Positions 9,950-20,190 of a stretch of DNA of 57,822 nt are shown one piece after another. The notes under the pieces were generated by a model that was given only the letters and a program-made list of their open reading frames with translations, was not told where the DNA came from and ran no database searches. The translations under genes and the position numbers were made by a program. This DNA comes from a bacterium. Lineage in GTDB: Bacteria; Bacteroidota; Ignavibacteria; UBA10030. The stretch is taken from assembly GCA_043803945.1 (NCBI GenBank), contig JAZDJN010000031.1:1-57822 (forward strand). The letters are read 5' to 3'. Numbering within the stretch: position 1 is the first letter of the stretch; every line of letters starts with the position of its first letter.

Positions 9950-10047
9950 TTGGGATTTGCGAATGAGAACCATATTGATTGATGAATTTTCTTTTATAGT
10001 AAGGTGAGTCAGTAAGTAATTCTGTTTAACACCTTTAGGATGATGAG

Positions 10048-11433
10048 ATGAGTTCAGAACAATCCGTTGCTCAAAAACTTGATGCGCTTAACGAATTCGA
10101 ACGTGAACCTGTTTCTCAATCGAAGCTTCAGGGGACGACAAACTTCCTTGGCATTTATTCCGGAGAACACATCGCCGGAACGGAGTACGTCATCGGGCCG
10201 CTCTTTGTTTCGCATGGTGTCACCGCGTCCGACTTCTTCCTCGGTTTGCTTCTTGGTAACACGCTTGCTGTACTTAGTTGGGCCTTCATCGCAGCCCCGA
10301 TAGCAGTGAAATGCCGACTTACACTCTATTGGCAATTGAGAAAAATTGCGGGTCCCTATGTTACAATTCTGTACAGCATCGTTAACGCGTTGATGTTTTG
10401 CTTTCTCGCCGGCTCGATGATTTCGGTTTCAGCTACTGCCGTTGGTTTGCCGTTTAACATGACCATGCCCGGCCTTGGAGATATGCTGCCGAACAGTATC
10501 GGATGGGTTGTCGTCGTGCTGGCGGTCGGCAGTGTCGTAACACTTCTCGCAATCCTTGGGTTCGAAAAAATTTCTCACTTCTCAAAAATTTCTTCGCCAT
10601 GGATGGTGCTGGTATTTATCGCGAGCGCAGTGGCGGTCCTGCCGAATCTTGGAGTCAGCTCGGTGAGTGACTTCTGGAGAGTGGCGAATGAAAAAATCTG
10701 GACCGGAGTACCTTTCCCGGGTCAGACGAAATACACATTCTGGCATGTGGTATTTTTCGCCTGGTTCTGTAATCTGGCAATGCATATCGGTATGGCAGAT
10801 CTCTCCCTGTTACGCTACGCAAAAAAATGGCAGGTGGGGTTTACCGTTTCATCCGGCATGTTTCTTGGCCACTTTGTTGCATGGATAGCATCGGGCATCC
10901 TCTGTGCAGCAGCAGCCGGAACTATCGCTCCCGGACCGATTGCCTATCTTGGTGCAGGTATCGCCGGCTGTGTGTGTGTCGTCATTGCCGGATGGACAAC
11001 GGCCAATCCAACTCTCTATCGTGCAGGGCTCGCATTCCAAATTGCCACACCGAACTGGAAGCGATGGAAGGTGACACTCTGGGCCGGCATAATCACGACC
11101 ATAGCAGCTCTCTTTCCGGCATTGATGATGAAGCTTCTCGATTTTGTGGCTCTCTATGGATTAATCCTGATGCCCATGGGTGCTGTCATCTTTGCCGACT
11201 TCTGGATTCTTCCCCGGCTTGGGTTGAAAAGCTATTTTGCAGAATGGCAGAATCTCGCGCTCTCCTGGCCTGCTCTTGCAACGTGGATTCTGACATTGGT
11301 GTTTTGTTTCCTCCTGCCATTCGATCTTTTCTTTAAAGCATTGCCGGGATGGTTTGTTGCCATTCTCTTGTTTACTCTCTTTAGTTATCTGCAGCAGAAT
11401 AAGAAAAACAACGTAGTTGAGGTGACGGTATGA
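10048..11433 (+). CDS. NCS1 / purine-cytosine permease-like transporter
   Basis: About 12 TM helices, GEHIAGTE, D.S..RY, WTTANPTLY motifs. Confidence 0.8.
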   Translation: MSSEQSVAQKLDALNEFEREPVSQSKLQGTTNFLGIYSGEHIAGTEYVIGPLFVSHGVTASDFFLGLLLGNTLAVLSWAFIAAPIAVKCRLTLYWQLRKIAGPYVTILYSIVNALMFCFLAGSMISVSATAVGLPFNMTMPGLGDMLPNSIGWVVVVLAVGSVVTLLAILGFEKISHFSKISSPWMVLVFIASAVAVLPNLGVSSVSDFWRVANEKIWTGVPFPGQTKYTFWHVVFFAWFCNLAMHIGMADLSLLRYAKKWQVGFTVSSGMFLGHFVAWIASGILCAAAAGTIAPGPIAYLGAGIAGCVCVVIAGWTTANPTLYRAGLAFQIATPNWKRWKVTLWAGIITTIAALFPALMMKLLDFVALYGLILMPMGAVIFADFWILPRLGLKSYFAEWQNLALSWPALATWILTLVFCFLLPFDLFFKALPGWFVAILLFTLFSYLQQNKKNNVVEVTV

Positions 11434-11606
11434 ACACCTTGCTGAAACTGTTGTCGCTCATCGCACTGATTGTCACGATTCTCCCTTCTGTGTTCGTGTT
11501 CGAGGAACTCATATCCTGGCAAACACATGCGAACATCATGCTGTGCGGCATGATTCTTTGGTTTATCGTCACGCCGTTCTGGATGAAAGAGCAACCACAG
11601 GGATAG
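11430..11606 (+). CDS. Small two-TM membrane protein (58 aa), absent from ORF track
   Basis: ATGA overlap with the permease stop. Translates MNTLLKLLSLIALIVTILPSVFVFEELISWQTHANIMLCGMILWFIVTPFWMKEQPQG*. Confidence 0.75.
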   Translation: MNTLLKLLSLIALIVTILPSVFVFEELISWQTHANIMLCGMILWFIVTPFWMKEQPQG

Positions 11607-11637
11607 CTCCGCTATTTGTTAAAGGAAGGGTACAGGT

Positions 11638-12258
11638 ATGTCCACTAAACAGACAATCGATCCGCTGCATCTATGGTACCTTGGCAGTTTCTTTGCCATT
11701 CTCATCTGGTCAGTCATCAATCCAAAGGATCTCTTCACCTGGTTTCTTGAAGTTATCCCCGCAATCATTGGCGTAACCATTCTCGTTCTGACCTACAACA
11801 GATTTCGATTTACGAATCTTGTCTACATGCTTATCCTGATCCACACCATCATTCTTATGATTGGCGGCCACTACACGTATGCCGAGATGCCGCTCTTCAA
11901 CTGGTTCAAAGAAATCTTCGACCTCTCAAGAAATCATTATGATCGTCTCGGTCATCTGGCACAGGGATTCATTCCGGCAATGATTGCCCGCGAAGTGCTG
12001 TTGCGTACAACGGGTTTTCAGCGAGGGAAAATGTTTGTCTTCGTCATTATTTGTATTTGTCTGGCGATCAGTGCGTTTTATGAATTCATCGAATGGTGGG
12101 TTGCGCTTTCCACCGGTGAAAAAGCGGATGCTTTCCTGGCAACACAGGGAGATATCTGGGATACGCAGTGGGACATGTTTTTTGCTTTCTGTGGTGCTTG
12201 TCTGGCACTGATGACACTTTCAAAAGTCCATGATGCAGCTCTGAAAAATATCGAATGA
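11638..12258 (+). CDS. DUF2238 (YjdF-like) membrane protein
   Basis: TW.LE..P, GGHYTYAE.P, RNHYDR.GH..QG, YE..EW, QGD.WDTQWDM. Confidence 0.9.
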   Translation: MSTKQTIDPLHLWYLGSFFAILIWSVINPKDLFTWFLEVIPAIIGVTILVLTYNRFRFTNLVYMLILIHTIILMIGGHYTYAEMPLFNWFKEIFDLSRNHYDRLGHLAQGFIPAMIAREVLLRTTGFQRGKMFVFVIICICLAISAFYEFIEWWVALSTGEKADAFLATQGDIWDTQWDMFFAFCGACLALMTLSKVHDAALKNIE

Positions 12259-12484
12259 AGTAACTTCCTATACCTTGTTCTCAACCACACGTGTCTCAAC
12301 CAGTATGCAAGTGCCGCATCAAATCCATGGGAGATCCAGGTTTCAACGTTGGACCCCTTTTCGTTTCCATACTCACCGATTGAATCTTTTAATATTTATA
12401 GCTTGAACCTTACTATAAAAAAATAAATATTAATTGAAGAGAATGTATAAGCAACTCGCTGAGAGACTATGGAACAGATGTTTT

Positions 12485-12577
12485 AAACCGCCATAAACGC
12501 CAAGAAAGATATGAATTGTTCTCAGATCCTTTTCAAAATATAATAACTTTAGCGTTCTTGGCGCACTTGGAGGTTCA
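12485..12577. repeat. Inverted REP-like pair (AACCGCC..CGCCAAGAA / TTCTTGGCG..GGAGGTT)
   Basis: Imperfect inverted repeats in the intergenic region. Confidence 0.55.
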
Positions 12578-12643
12578 GTTTTTTATTATCAGTTAGAATG
12601 GAGTGTTGAATAGAAAGATTGTCATTACGAAAGGTTAGGATCT

Positions 12644-13558
12644 ATGAATATTCTGGTTACAGGAGGTGCCGGATTTATCGCTTCCCATGTTGCTGATGCA
12701 TTTATCGCTGAAGGCCATCGTGTCGTCATTGTGGATGACCTCTCCATGGGAAGAAGAGAAAACATCAATGCCAAGGCAAAGTTTTATCACCTTGATATCC
12801 AAAGCCCTGATGTGGAAGGCGTGTTCAGGGATGAATCGATCGATGTTGTGTGCCATCACGCTGCTCAGATGGATGTGCGTAAATCGGTGGCCGATCCGAA
12901 ATTTGATGCATCGGTGAATATACTCGGTATGCTGAATCTCCTTGAACTGGGGCGAAAGCATGGGCTGAAGAAAGTCATCTTCTCCTCGACAGGAGGGGCG
13001 ATCTATGGAGAACAGGATTACTTTCCGGCAGACGAGGAACATCCGGTTCGACCTCTTTCACCGTATGGTATTACCAAACTTGCAACGGAAAAATATCTCT
13101 TCTACTATAAAGCAGTGTATGATATCGATCATGTGATTTTGCGGTATGCCAACATTTATGGCCCTCGCCAGAATCCGCATGGCGAAGCGGGAGTGGTTGC
13201 TATCTTTGCGAAGAAGCTCTTTCAGGGTGAACAGCCCATCATCAATGGTGAAGGAAAGCAGACGCGCGATTATGTTTTTGTGGGCGATGTCGTTAAGGCT
13301 AATCTCTGTGCACTGTCGTACTCAACATCGGATATTTTCAATATCGGAACCGGAATCGAAACGGATGTGAACGCACTGTTCCGGCATATCCGTGGTTTTA
13401 TCGGATCGAACTATGAAGAACTGCATGGCCCGGCAAAAGCAGGAGAGCAACTGCGCAGTGTCATCAGCTCCGCGAAAGCAAAGGCTCTGCTGGGATGGCA
13501 GCCGACGGTGAAGCTTGATGAAGGGCTTCGAATAACGGTAGATTCCTTTCGGAAGTGA
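12644..13558 (+). CDS. NAD-dependent epimerase (UDP-glucose 4-epimerase-like SDR)
   Basis: TGGAGFIAS, SSTGGAIYG, YGITK, RYANIYGPRQ, QTRDYVFV. Confidence 0.92.
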   Translation: MNILVTGGAGFIASHVADAFIAEGHRVVIVDDLSMGRRENINAKAKFYHLDIQSPDVEGVFRDESIDVVCHHAAQMDVRKSVADPKFDASVNILGMLNLLELGRKHGLKKVIFSSTGGAIYGEQDYFPADEEHPVRPLSPYGITKLATEKYLFYYKAVYDIDHVILRYANIYGPRQNPHGEAGVVAIFAKKLFQGEQPIINGEGKQTRDYVFVGDVVKANLCALSYSTSDIFNIGTGIETDVNALFRHIRGFIGSNYEELHGPAKAGEQLRSVISSAKAKALLGWQPTVKLDEGLRITVDSFRK

Positions 13559-13584
13559 ACACCTCCCCAATGGAGGGAAACAAT

Positions 13585-13683
13585 GCCACAGAGACTCGGA
13601 GAACACCGAGTAAAATTATTTGGATGGGATGGAAAATGTCTCATTCAATATTCATTCTCTGTGTTCTCTGAGCTCTCAGTGGC
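13585..13683. repeat. Inverted REP-like pair (GCCACAGAGA..GAGAACACCGAG / CTCTGTGTTCTC..CTCAGTGGC)
   Basis: Imperfect inverted repeat; related half copies at about 68-95 and 19528-19556. Confidence 0.6.
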
Positions 13684-13796
13684 AATTCATCATTGAGGCA
13701 TTGCGATATTTTTCTTCACACATTGATACAATCGTTCCTTTACTCGGTTATTTTCGGTGTGCCATCGGTGGTAAATAGAATTTTAATACTTTCTTA

Positions 13797-14259
13797 ATGA
13801 GACGATACGAAGAAGGTTAGCCAGAAAATAAAAATCCGCCGAAACCGTATTCTCCGGCTTCTGCTTGAAGAGGGGAATCTTTCCCTTGCCGAAATCGCCC
13901 GCATAACGGGAATCGGATTGCCGATGATTTCGCGGCTGGCAAAATATCTCGAGGATGATGGATTCATCCGCTTGAAAGCAGGCGCTCATCTGGAACGCAC
14001 AGGCCGGACAATTTATTCTCAATCCGGTACAAACAACGGCATTGAAATCTTCGCTTATCCCGCTCGGGAGTGGTATCGATTTTGCAATTTCTACCCTGGG
14101 TTCGAAAACCGGTGCACTTGGTGTGGCGATGCTGGCGACGCGGGATATTTTCGAAGTCGACCACCTGAATCCAACGGCGTACGTGTAGACAACTCTCTTT
14201 TAACAGTGGCTGACAAAAAAGCAAAAGTGAATTGCATGCTCAATTCTCTCTCAGAATGA
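13797..14259 (+). pseudogene. ROK-type winged-HTH regulator remnant fused to unrelated sequence
   Basis: The frame from 13801 reads KIRRNRILRLLLEEGNLSLAEIARITGIGLPMISRLAKYLEDDGFI...TGR. The ATG at 13797 is out of frame, and no sugar-kinase domain follows. Confidence 0.6.
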
Positions 14260-14575
14260 AGAATATGCGTTCCTTCAACTCTTCATCTAATTCGTGAATC
14301 TCTTCGTTTAATAAAACACCTTCTCGTAACAACATCAACAATCTTATGAAATATTGTGATCCTCTTAGATCATTATAACGCCTTCCGATGTCTCGATCTT
14401 TATCGGCAATGGTCGAGTACAATTTTAGATAATATTCCTTGGGTTCACTCTTACCTTCGATGAAAGAGTCGCATACTGCTTTGGCTCCTTTTATGCCAGC
14501 CACGTAATCGCGCATTAATCCAAGCTCAATCAATGCTCTTACTTTTTTCTTCTGTGATTTTGTCAATTCTATCAT
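14240..14575 (-). CDS. Hypothetical helical protein
   Basis: RBS GAGG; natural-looking 111-aa ORF. Confidence 0.7.
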   Translation of the reverse strand: MIELTKSQKKKVRALIELGLMRDYVAGIKGAKAVCDSFIEGKSEPKEYYLKLYSTIADKDRDIGRRYNDLRGSQYFIRLLMLLREGVLLNEEIHELDEELKERIFFILREN

Positions 14576-14623
14576 GGGTTACCTCATCGTAGTTGATTAA
14601 GGTTGAAAACATTCAGGTTTGAA

Positions 14624-14647
14624 GTGTCACGGTATGGACCGTGACAC
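14624..14647. repeat. Perfect palindrome GTGTCACGGT-ATGG-ACCGTGACAC (REP-like; possible terminator role)
   Basis: 10-bp perfect stem downstream of the M2 peptidase gene. Confidence 0.6.
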
Positions 14648-14696
14648 CCACGCGATCCTTTTCGGGTAACCACTCGAAGCACCAGGAAATATTCTT

Positions 14697-16376
14697 CTAT
14701 TTCCCCACAAACTCTTCAGCAAAATATTTGGCAGTGAGTGTTTCTCCGGTAGCATACTTCAGTAATCCATCCCACCGGAGAGTTGTGCCGGGTGATAGCA
14801 CTTTCTCCTTTAGATAATTCCCGACTTCGGGTTTTCCCGCAAACGAAGCCTGTCCGGGAGCATCGAGCTTCAGCACATTTTTCACAATGGTGTGCTGGAT
14901 CTGCGACGCGGCAAGCTCGCCAAGCATATAATTGTGATAGTACACCGGATATTGAGCAAGATGAATTTTCGCCGCCCAGTCGGGTGCATTACGGCCTGGA
15001 GCTCGTTTGACGAGTTGATATTCCTCCACAAGATCCCACCACATTTTGTTAAGGTCCTCGTCGGGATTTTGATACATTGCCCGTTCGAACCGCAGCATCA
15101 CCTGCGACCAGCGGCAGAAAATGAGCTGGCGTAAGCGAAGATTCTCGACTGTTACTTTCCGGATTTCTTCTTTCTCCTTTGCACTCACACCCACCATCGC
15201 TTCCAGCCAATCGGCATTGCTTGCCTGGCGCTCCATGAGTTGGGCAATCGCTTCGGTTAGAAATGCGTGCGACGCATCGCGGAGGAAGAAGGGAAGATCG
15301 CTCCGTGTGTATTTAGAATAGACCGCGTGCCCCAGTTCGTGCAGCATGGTTGCTGCCCAGTAGTGATTGTCCGAGATGCTCAGCATCATCCGTATATCTC
15401 CCTTGCGGTCGATATCTGAGCAAAAAGCATGTTGATATTTTCCTTTCCGTTCATACAGGTCGCTGTTTTTGTTTATCTCCTGCACTTCCATGCCGATGCC
15501 TTTGTAGAATACTTCGTCAACCTGATCAACCTTTTTCCCCTTGAAGTATTTATCCAGGTCAACTGTGCCGATAGTTGGCGCTTCCTGGAAGAACCGGTCC
15601 TGATAATGCCAGGGCATCACCTGATCGGTTTTGATGCCGTACTTCTTCGTAAGGTTGCCATCAATGTCTGTTTTCAACTTTTTGAATGCTTCGTCTGTTA
15701 CCTGTTTCAACTCATCGAAGATTGCGACGAGTTCACGTTCACTCTGTTCGTTTGCGACAAGGCTCATCACGTAGTAATTCTCAAATCCAAGCTGTTGTGC
15801 TGCCTGGTTTCGAAGTTTCGCCAGCTCGATTACCATCGGAGCAACCGCCAAACCCACCTCCTTGCTTGCTTCCCAGGCTTTCTGCCGCTTTGCAGAGTTG
15901 GTCTCGGTTTTCAGGATCTCGTTGATGACATTATCGCTGACTTCTTTTCCGTCGAGCTTGGGGCGGAATGTATTGAACTTCTCCGCTATTACTGCCTCTT
16001 TGTCGGCGATCTGTTTCATCAGTGTGGTGTCGAGTTGCTTTGTCAGGTATTTGTTGTGGAGGATGGTCAATTGACGGAGGAGTAGTGAATCTTTGATTTC
16101 CTTGCCTTCGAGCCAGGTTTTGATTTGCTGGAACTCATTCTTATTGGAATAGACTTTGCTGATTTCAACATCGAGGGCAGCATTCTCGGTATAGAATTTC
16201 TTCTCACCGGTCGCGTTGGCATTCCAACTGGCAAGAGCTTGAGCCTTCATCAGTGGTTCAACAATCTGCGTATGCTTGTCAACAAACTGACGTGCGGCAG
16301 TGTCCATGGAACTTCCTCCAGAACAAGAGATGAGCAGCAGTGCAAGGAATGGGGCAATGAAGAGTATCGATTTCAT
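14697..16376 (-). CDS. M2/M3-like zinc metallopeptidase (peptidyl-dipeptidase A-like) lipoprotein
   Basis: Lipobox LISC; HELGH; TEAIA; KIH...PVYYHNY. Confidence 0.85.
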   Translation of the reverse strand: MKSILFIAPFLALLLISCSGGSSMDTAARQFVDKHTQIVEPLMKAQALASWNANATGEKKFYTENAALDVEISKVYSNKNEFQQIKTWLEGKEIKDSLLLRQLTILHNKYLTKQLDTTLMKQIADKEAVIAEKFNTFRPKLDGKEVSDNVINEILKTETNSAKRQKAWEASKEVGLAVAPMVIELAKLRNQAAQQLGFENYYVMSLVANEQSERELVAIFDELKQVTDEAFKKLKTDIDGNLTKKYGIKTDQVMPWHYQDRFFQEAPTIGTVDLDKYFKGKKVDQVDEVFYKGIGMEVQEINKNSDLYERKGKYQHAFCSDIDRKGDIRMMLSISDNHYWAATMLHELGHAVYSKYTRSDLPFFLRDASHAFLTEAIAQLMERQASNADWLEAMVGVSAKEKEEIRKVTVENLRLRQLIFCRWSQVMLRFERAMYQNPDEDLNKMWWDLVEEYQLVKRAPGRNAPDWAAKIHLAQYPVYYHNYMLGELAASQIQHTIVKNVLKLDAPGQASFAGKPEVGNYLKEKVLSPGTTLRWDGLLKYATGETLTAKYFAEEFVGK

Positions 16377-16492
16377 AATGACTCCTGTGTCACTAATGAT
16401 AGAGAGATGATGGATATGAGTGGTGTGAATGTAATATATTTTTGGAAAAGGGGGATGGAGATTGTGATGAAGTGAATGTCTCCCGCATATTG

Positions 16493-16598
16493 CGTCACGA
16501 AGTCCCTGCCTGCGGCAGGCAGGCTGCCCGCCTCATTTGAACCTATTATGGCAGGCGGGGGTTCGTGACGCCCTATTTTTTTCTTTTTAGTCAGTCCC
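16493..16598. repeat. Nested REP composite with solo MITE-type right end
   Basis: CGTCACGAA...TTCGTGACG enclosing CCTGCCTGCGGCAGGCAGG and CCCGCC..GGCGGG, then TTCTTTTTAGTCAGTCCC, which matches the right TIR at 9919-9937. Confidence 0.6.
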
Positions 16599-16664
16599 TG
16601 AGATAGAGTCGCATTTCAGTCGCACATGTCGATTTTAATACGATCCTATTTATTATTAGCAGCA

Positions 16665-18728
16665 CTAATACTTGTTGGTTTCCATATACTGTTCTTTGAA
16701 TGTAGGGTTTTCTCCGGCAAGTTTAAGAAAAACATCCAACGGAACCACCTCGAATTCAGATCCCAGTTTATCACAGATCGATTTTACTCTCGCAACATCG
16801 CTGTATTCCCTCACATGGACGAGCAGGAAATAGGGCCGATCAGTATTCAGAGCGGCAAGTTCCTCGAGGTCACCGGCAGCTTCGGCTTCCGATTTTTCGG
16901 CAGAGAGATAATAATCGTACGAAACGAAAGGACGTTTGTCTCTCACGGTAAACGTATGCGAGGCGAAATATCCATTGAGAAAACCAATGGCGTTTGGCAT
17001 CCCTGTATAGTATGCCTCAACAATCTCTTTTGTCAGTTCGTTGTTTCCTGCCTCTGTCTTATCGGCGGAATAATCCATAATCTCAAACACGTTGAGGTCG
17101 AGCGAATCCATAAGATTCTTCGCGTTCTCAATTTCTTTCGGCAGCCATTGTTTGGGAAACGCTTTGGGATACATATACCCGGAACCTGAAAGACACCCGA
17201 TAAAGAAATCGTTTGGTGTGGATTGCGAATAGTAGTACTCGAGCATTGCCGGTGACATGAATTGAAATTTCATTGACACTTCCCAGGCATAGGGAATGGA
17301 ACCTCTTCCCGGCTTCACCCATGCTCCCAGGCCAAGCCCATCGGTCTGCACCAATGCAACATAGACCTTATTCTCAGGAATATATTTTTTCCCTGGTTTG
17401 ACAGTATGGTTGTTCTTGTACTTGAAACTGGGTGTTGGGGGAATTTGATACAAGAAACTTGTATTGGGGAGATTATGCAGACCATCAACGGTAAGAGCGT
17501 AGGATGAGGTCAGGGTGACCCATTCTTCTTCCAGGTCTTTCTTGTATGAGTGCCAGCCCATCACCTGGCTGAGAGGTGTCATCTCTGCGAGGAGCTTCTT
17601 CGTAAAATTGTACTCCAGGGTATCGGTCTCTCTGGCTGAGAGATCTGTGAAGAATGCGTTCTTCATCATCCCGTAATCGGCTACTCCCGGCAGCATTACT
17701 GACCCATGCTCCCCGCCTAACCAGACGATAAGATCCTTGGCGCATCGATGCCAATACTGCCGCTGTGCCCACGTGTAAATCTCATAATCAGTTTTCCCCG
17801 CGAACTTGCCCCTGAAATCTTCAAGTTGTTTCAATCCCATGCATTCGGCGAGCGGAATCAAGTCTTCCGTAATAACGATTCCTTTTTCGAGTCCGGCGAG
17901 TGTATAAGCAACGATTAAGGATGTACGAACGTTTTTGTCCCAAATGATGTACCCCTTGATCTGCTGCTTAAAGATCTGTAATGCTTGTTCCAGCGAATTG
18001 AGTTTTGTGAAAGAAAAATGTTTTTGTTTTTCCAGATAGCTGAATAATTCGCCTGTATAATTGAATGAATAGTTAGGCCCATAGATAAAATACAAATTGG
18101 GTTTCTGCTCATTCACAATTCCCTGCAGGGAGATGAAACAAGCCTGTCTGCTGAGACCAGAGTGAATATCCCAATCGTCGGTCATCTGATAGACATACGC
18201 ATTGTTCGCGTCTGCCCGCTTAAAAACATAACGCAAATCCGAACCAGCCTTCCTGCTGCTCCGCCTGATTCTATAGGTGAGAAGATTCTTATCAGAAGAG
18301 AGTTCGAACACATTGTCTGCTTCGATGTGCTTCCTGCCTTGAGAGCCGGTGATGGGATAGCGTTCATGAATCACTAAGACATTCTCTTTTTGCCAGGCTG
18401 CCGTGACTTCTTTTTTCTCATTGGGAGGGAGTTTAATTCCCATGTACAGGTTGGACATGAATGTCCTATCGATTACGGGAACATAGTGCTTGGAGCCATT
18501 AGTTTTTAACACCAGCGTTTCCTGTGCTTTTCGTTTCGGGCCAAATTCTTTCACAACAGTGATTTCATCCTGCTTCACCGTAAACTGAATTGTCATATAC
18601 TGAAAGTAGTCCAGGTCGGAGCTTTGCTGCTTGATTAATTTCCATTTACCATTAAAGGCCATTTCCTGTGCTGATACTCCTGTTGAGATTGCGAGCGATA
18701 TGACGATAAGATGAAAAAGAGATTTCAT
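16665..18728 (-). CDS. Secreted GxGYxYP-family putative glycoside hydrolase with N-terminal beta-barrel-like domain
   Basis: SLQGIVN, GSGYMYP motif, signal peptide from the ATG at 18728 (RBS GGAG). Confidence 0.85.
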   Translation of the reverse strand: MKSLFHLIVISLAISTGVSAQEMAFNGKWKLIKQQSSDLDYFQYMTIQFTVKQDEITVVKEFGPKRKAQETLVLKTNGSKHYVPVIDRTFMSNLYMGIKLPPNEKKEVTAAWQKENVLVIHERYPITGSQGRKHIEADNVFELSSDKNLLTYRIRRSSRKAGSDLRYVFKRADANNAYVYQMTDDWDIHSGLSRQACFISLQGIVNEQKPNLYFIYGPNYSFNYTGELFSYLEKQKHFSFTKLNSLEQALQIFKQQIKGYIIWDKNVRTSLIVAYTLAGLEKGIVITEDLIPLAECMGLKQLEDFRGKFAGKTDYEIYTWAQRQYWHRCAKDLIVWLGGEHGSVMLPGVADYGMMKNAFFTDLSARETDTLEYNFTKKLLAEMTPLSQVMGWHSYKKDLEEEWVTLTSSYALTVDGLHNLPNTSFLYQIPPTPSFKYKNNHTVKPGKKYIPENKVYVALVQTDGLGLGAWVKPGRGSIPYAWEVSMKFQFMSPAMLEYYYSQSTPNDFFIGCLSGSGYMYPKAFPKQWLPKEIENAKNLMDSLDLNVFEIMDYSADKTEAGNNELTKEIVEAYYTGMPNAIGFLNGYFASHTFTVRDKRPFVSYDYYLSAEKSEAEAAGDLEELAALNTDRPYFLLVHVREYSDVARVKSICDKLGSEFEVVPLDVFLKLAGENPTFKEQYMETNKY

Positions 18729-18885
18729 TGTATCTCCATGAGAATTGTATGGGGCATAGTTGTTAAGGTGATCTGGCTCAGGCACTCGGCCAGCTCATAG
18801 TTCGATAAAAAGTTCATTCCGGCAGCCTTGGTGGAAGGTGCTTCCGAAATCGCTGTGGTGAAGTTAGCGAAACACCTGTCGGGAG

Positions 18886-19485
18886 TCAATGAATGGAAGC
18901 AGCGGGAGGGAAATGAGGTTGAGAGCCCCGCCTTGAAAAAAAACGGGCAAGAGAACTCCCTTCGAGGCAGAATATTTTGTTTGCGACGAAGTGTACACTC
19001 GTCATCCCGGTCAACTCCATAGTCCGGAAAATCATATACGGTGCAGGTCGGCCTTGAGGTACATCATCTCCGCAGACGATGGCATCGACTACTCCTTCTG
19101 CCCAACCCAGATTCATCAGAAGCATGTCAGTGATATCACGGTAAAAGCCTGTGTTCAGGGCAATTCGAATTTTTCGCTCGCGCAACCATTCAAAAATTTC
19201 ATTTGTACCGGGAATGGGGCGGATACCTTCCTGACTAAAGCGCTTTCGTAAGAGTGAACAAAAATATTGGTAAGCTACTTTTGCATCCCGTTCGCGGTGT
19301 TGAGCGGCAGGAATGAGCGATTGGATTGCTTCTCGCTTCGACGCACCTCGGACCCCATGAAGTTGTTCCGACGTGACCTCCACACCAAATGCTCGAAGCG
19401 CATCGGTAAAAGCGAAGGAGACCTGACCATTGTCTACGATGGCGGTACCGGCTATATCGCACACTACAAGTTTGATGTCTTCCAT
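18886..19485 (-). pseudogene. 3'-truncated phosphonatase-like HAD hydrolase
   Basis: Motif I DIAGT, LNTG and GRPAPYMIF are present. Motif IV (VGD...D) is replaced by unrelated sequence after HFVAN (about 18978). Confidence 0.7.
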
Positions 19486-19668
19486 CGCCTTTGTCCATAC
19501 TCTACCAGGAAGCTTGAATGAATAGTACCACCACAGAGAACATTGAGTGCACGAAACTCAAATTGAAAACTCCATTGACAAATCTCCACTTTCCCATTTA
19601 CGAAAGGGGGAAATGTTTCCACAGAAGAACAGCCATTTATCTGTCTGTTATTCAAGATGGTCGATTAA

Positions 19669-20175
19669 TCAAACACTGAGACCAATAGAAGTTTTTCTCA
19701 CCCATCGGGGAGCCGAGTCGGTCTTTTGTCGAAGAATCAGATTAAGTTGAGCTGCGTGATGCTGAACGTGCCGCATGTTGTAGAGGTGCACCTCCGTCAC
19801 GCTGATTTCGAGCCAGTCGAAACTGCACCGCTGCACAATTTTATCGTCTGTTAGAGCGTTAAGGATTTTCCTGCATTTATCACGGCCGTGATTAAGGTAA
19901 GCTTGGAGCTCCTGTTTGGTATAGACACGATCCGGAAGTATTCCTGCCGGATCCATTTCATCAAGTGTGAAAGGAACGGGAGGAGTAAATCCCTTATCCG
20001 ATTCCGACAGGTAAAGATCGAGAAAGAAGAGCGTGTGAAAAACCGTATACCAGAACTCCGGTTTTTGTGTACGGTCGCTCCAGAGATCGTCGGGACATGC
20101 AAGCATAGCGTTCTCAAGCATGTCGATAGCCGCTCCGAATTGCTGCCAGATGATTGTCTTCCATGTATTGTCCAT
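19669..20175 (-). CDS. DinB/YfiT-superfamily protein
   Basis: H..F...Y and HVQHH.AQL metal-binding helix pattern. Confidence 0.85.
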   Translation of the reverse strand: MDNTWKTIIWQQFGAAIDMLENAMLACPDDLWSDRTQKPEFWYTVFHTLFFLDLYLSESDKGFTPPVPFTLDEMDPAGILPDRVYTKQELQAYLNHGRDKCRKILNALTDDKIVQRCSFDWLEISVTEVHLYNMRHVQHHAAQLNLILRQKTDSAPRWVRKTSIGLSV

Positions 20176-20190
20176 TCACATGCTCTCCTC

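Noticed and set aside
9707-9982. 91-aa ORF
   Set aside because: It is a translation of nested palindromic repeats with no protein-like features.
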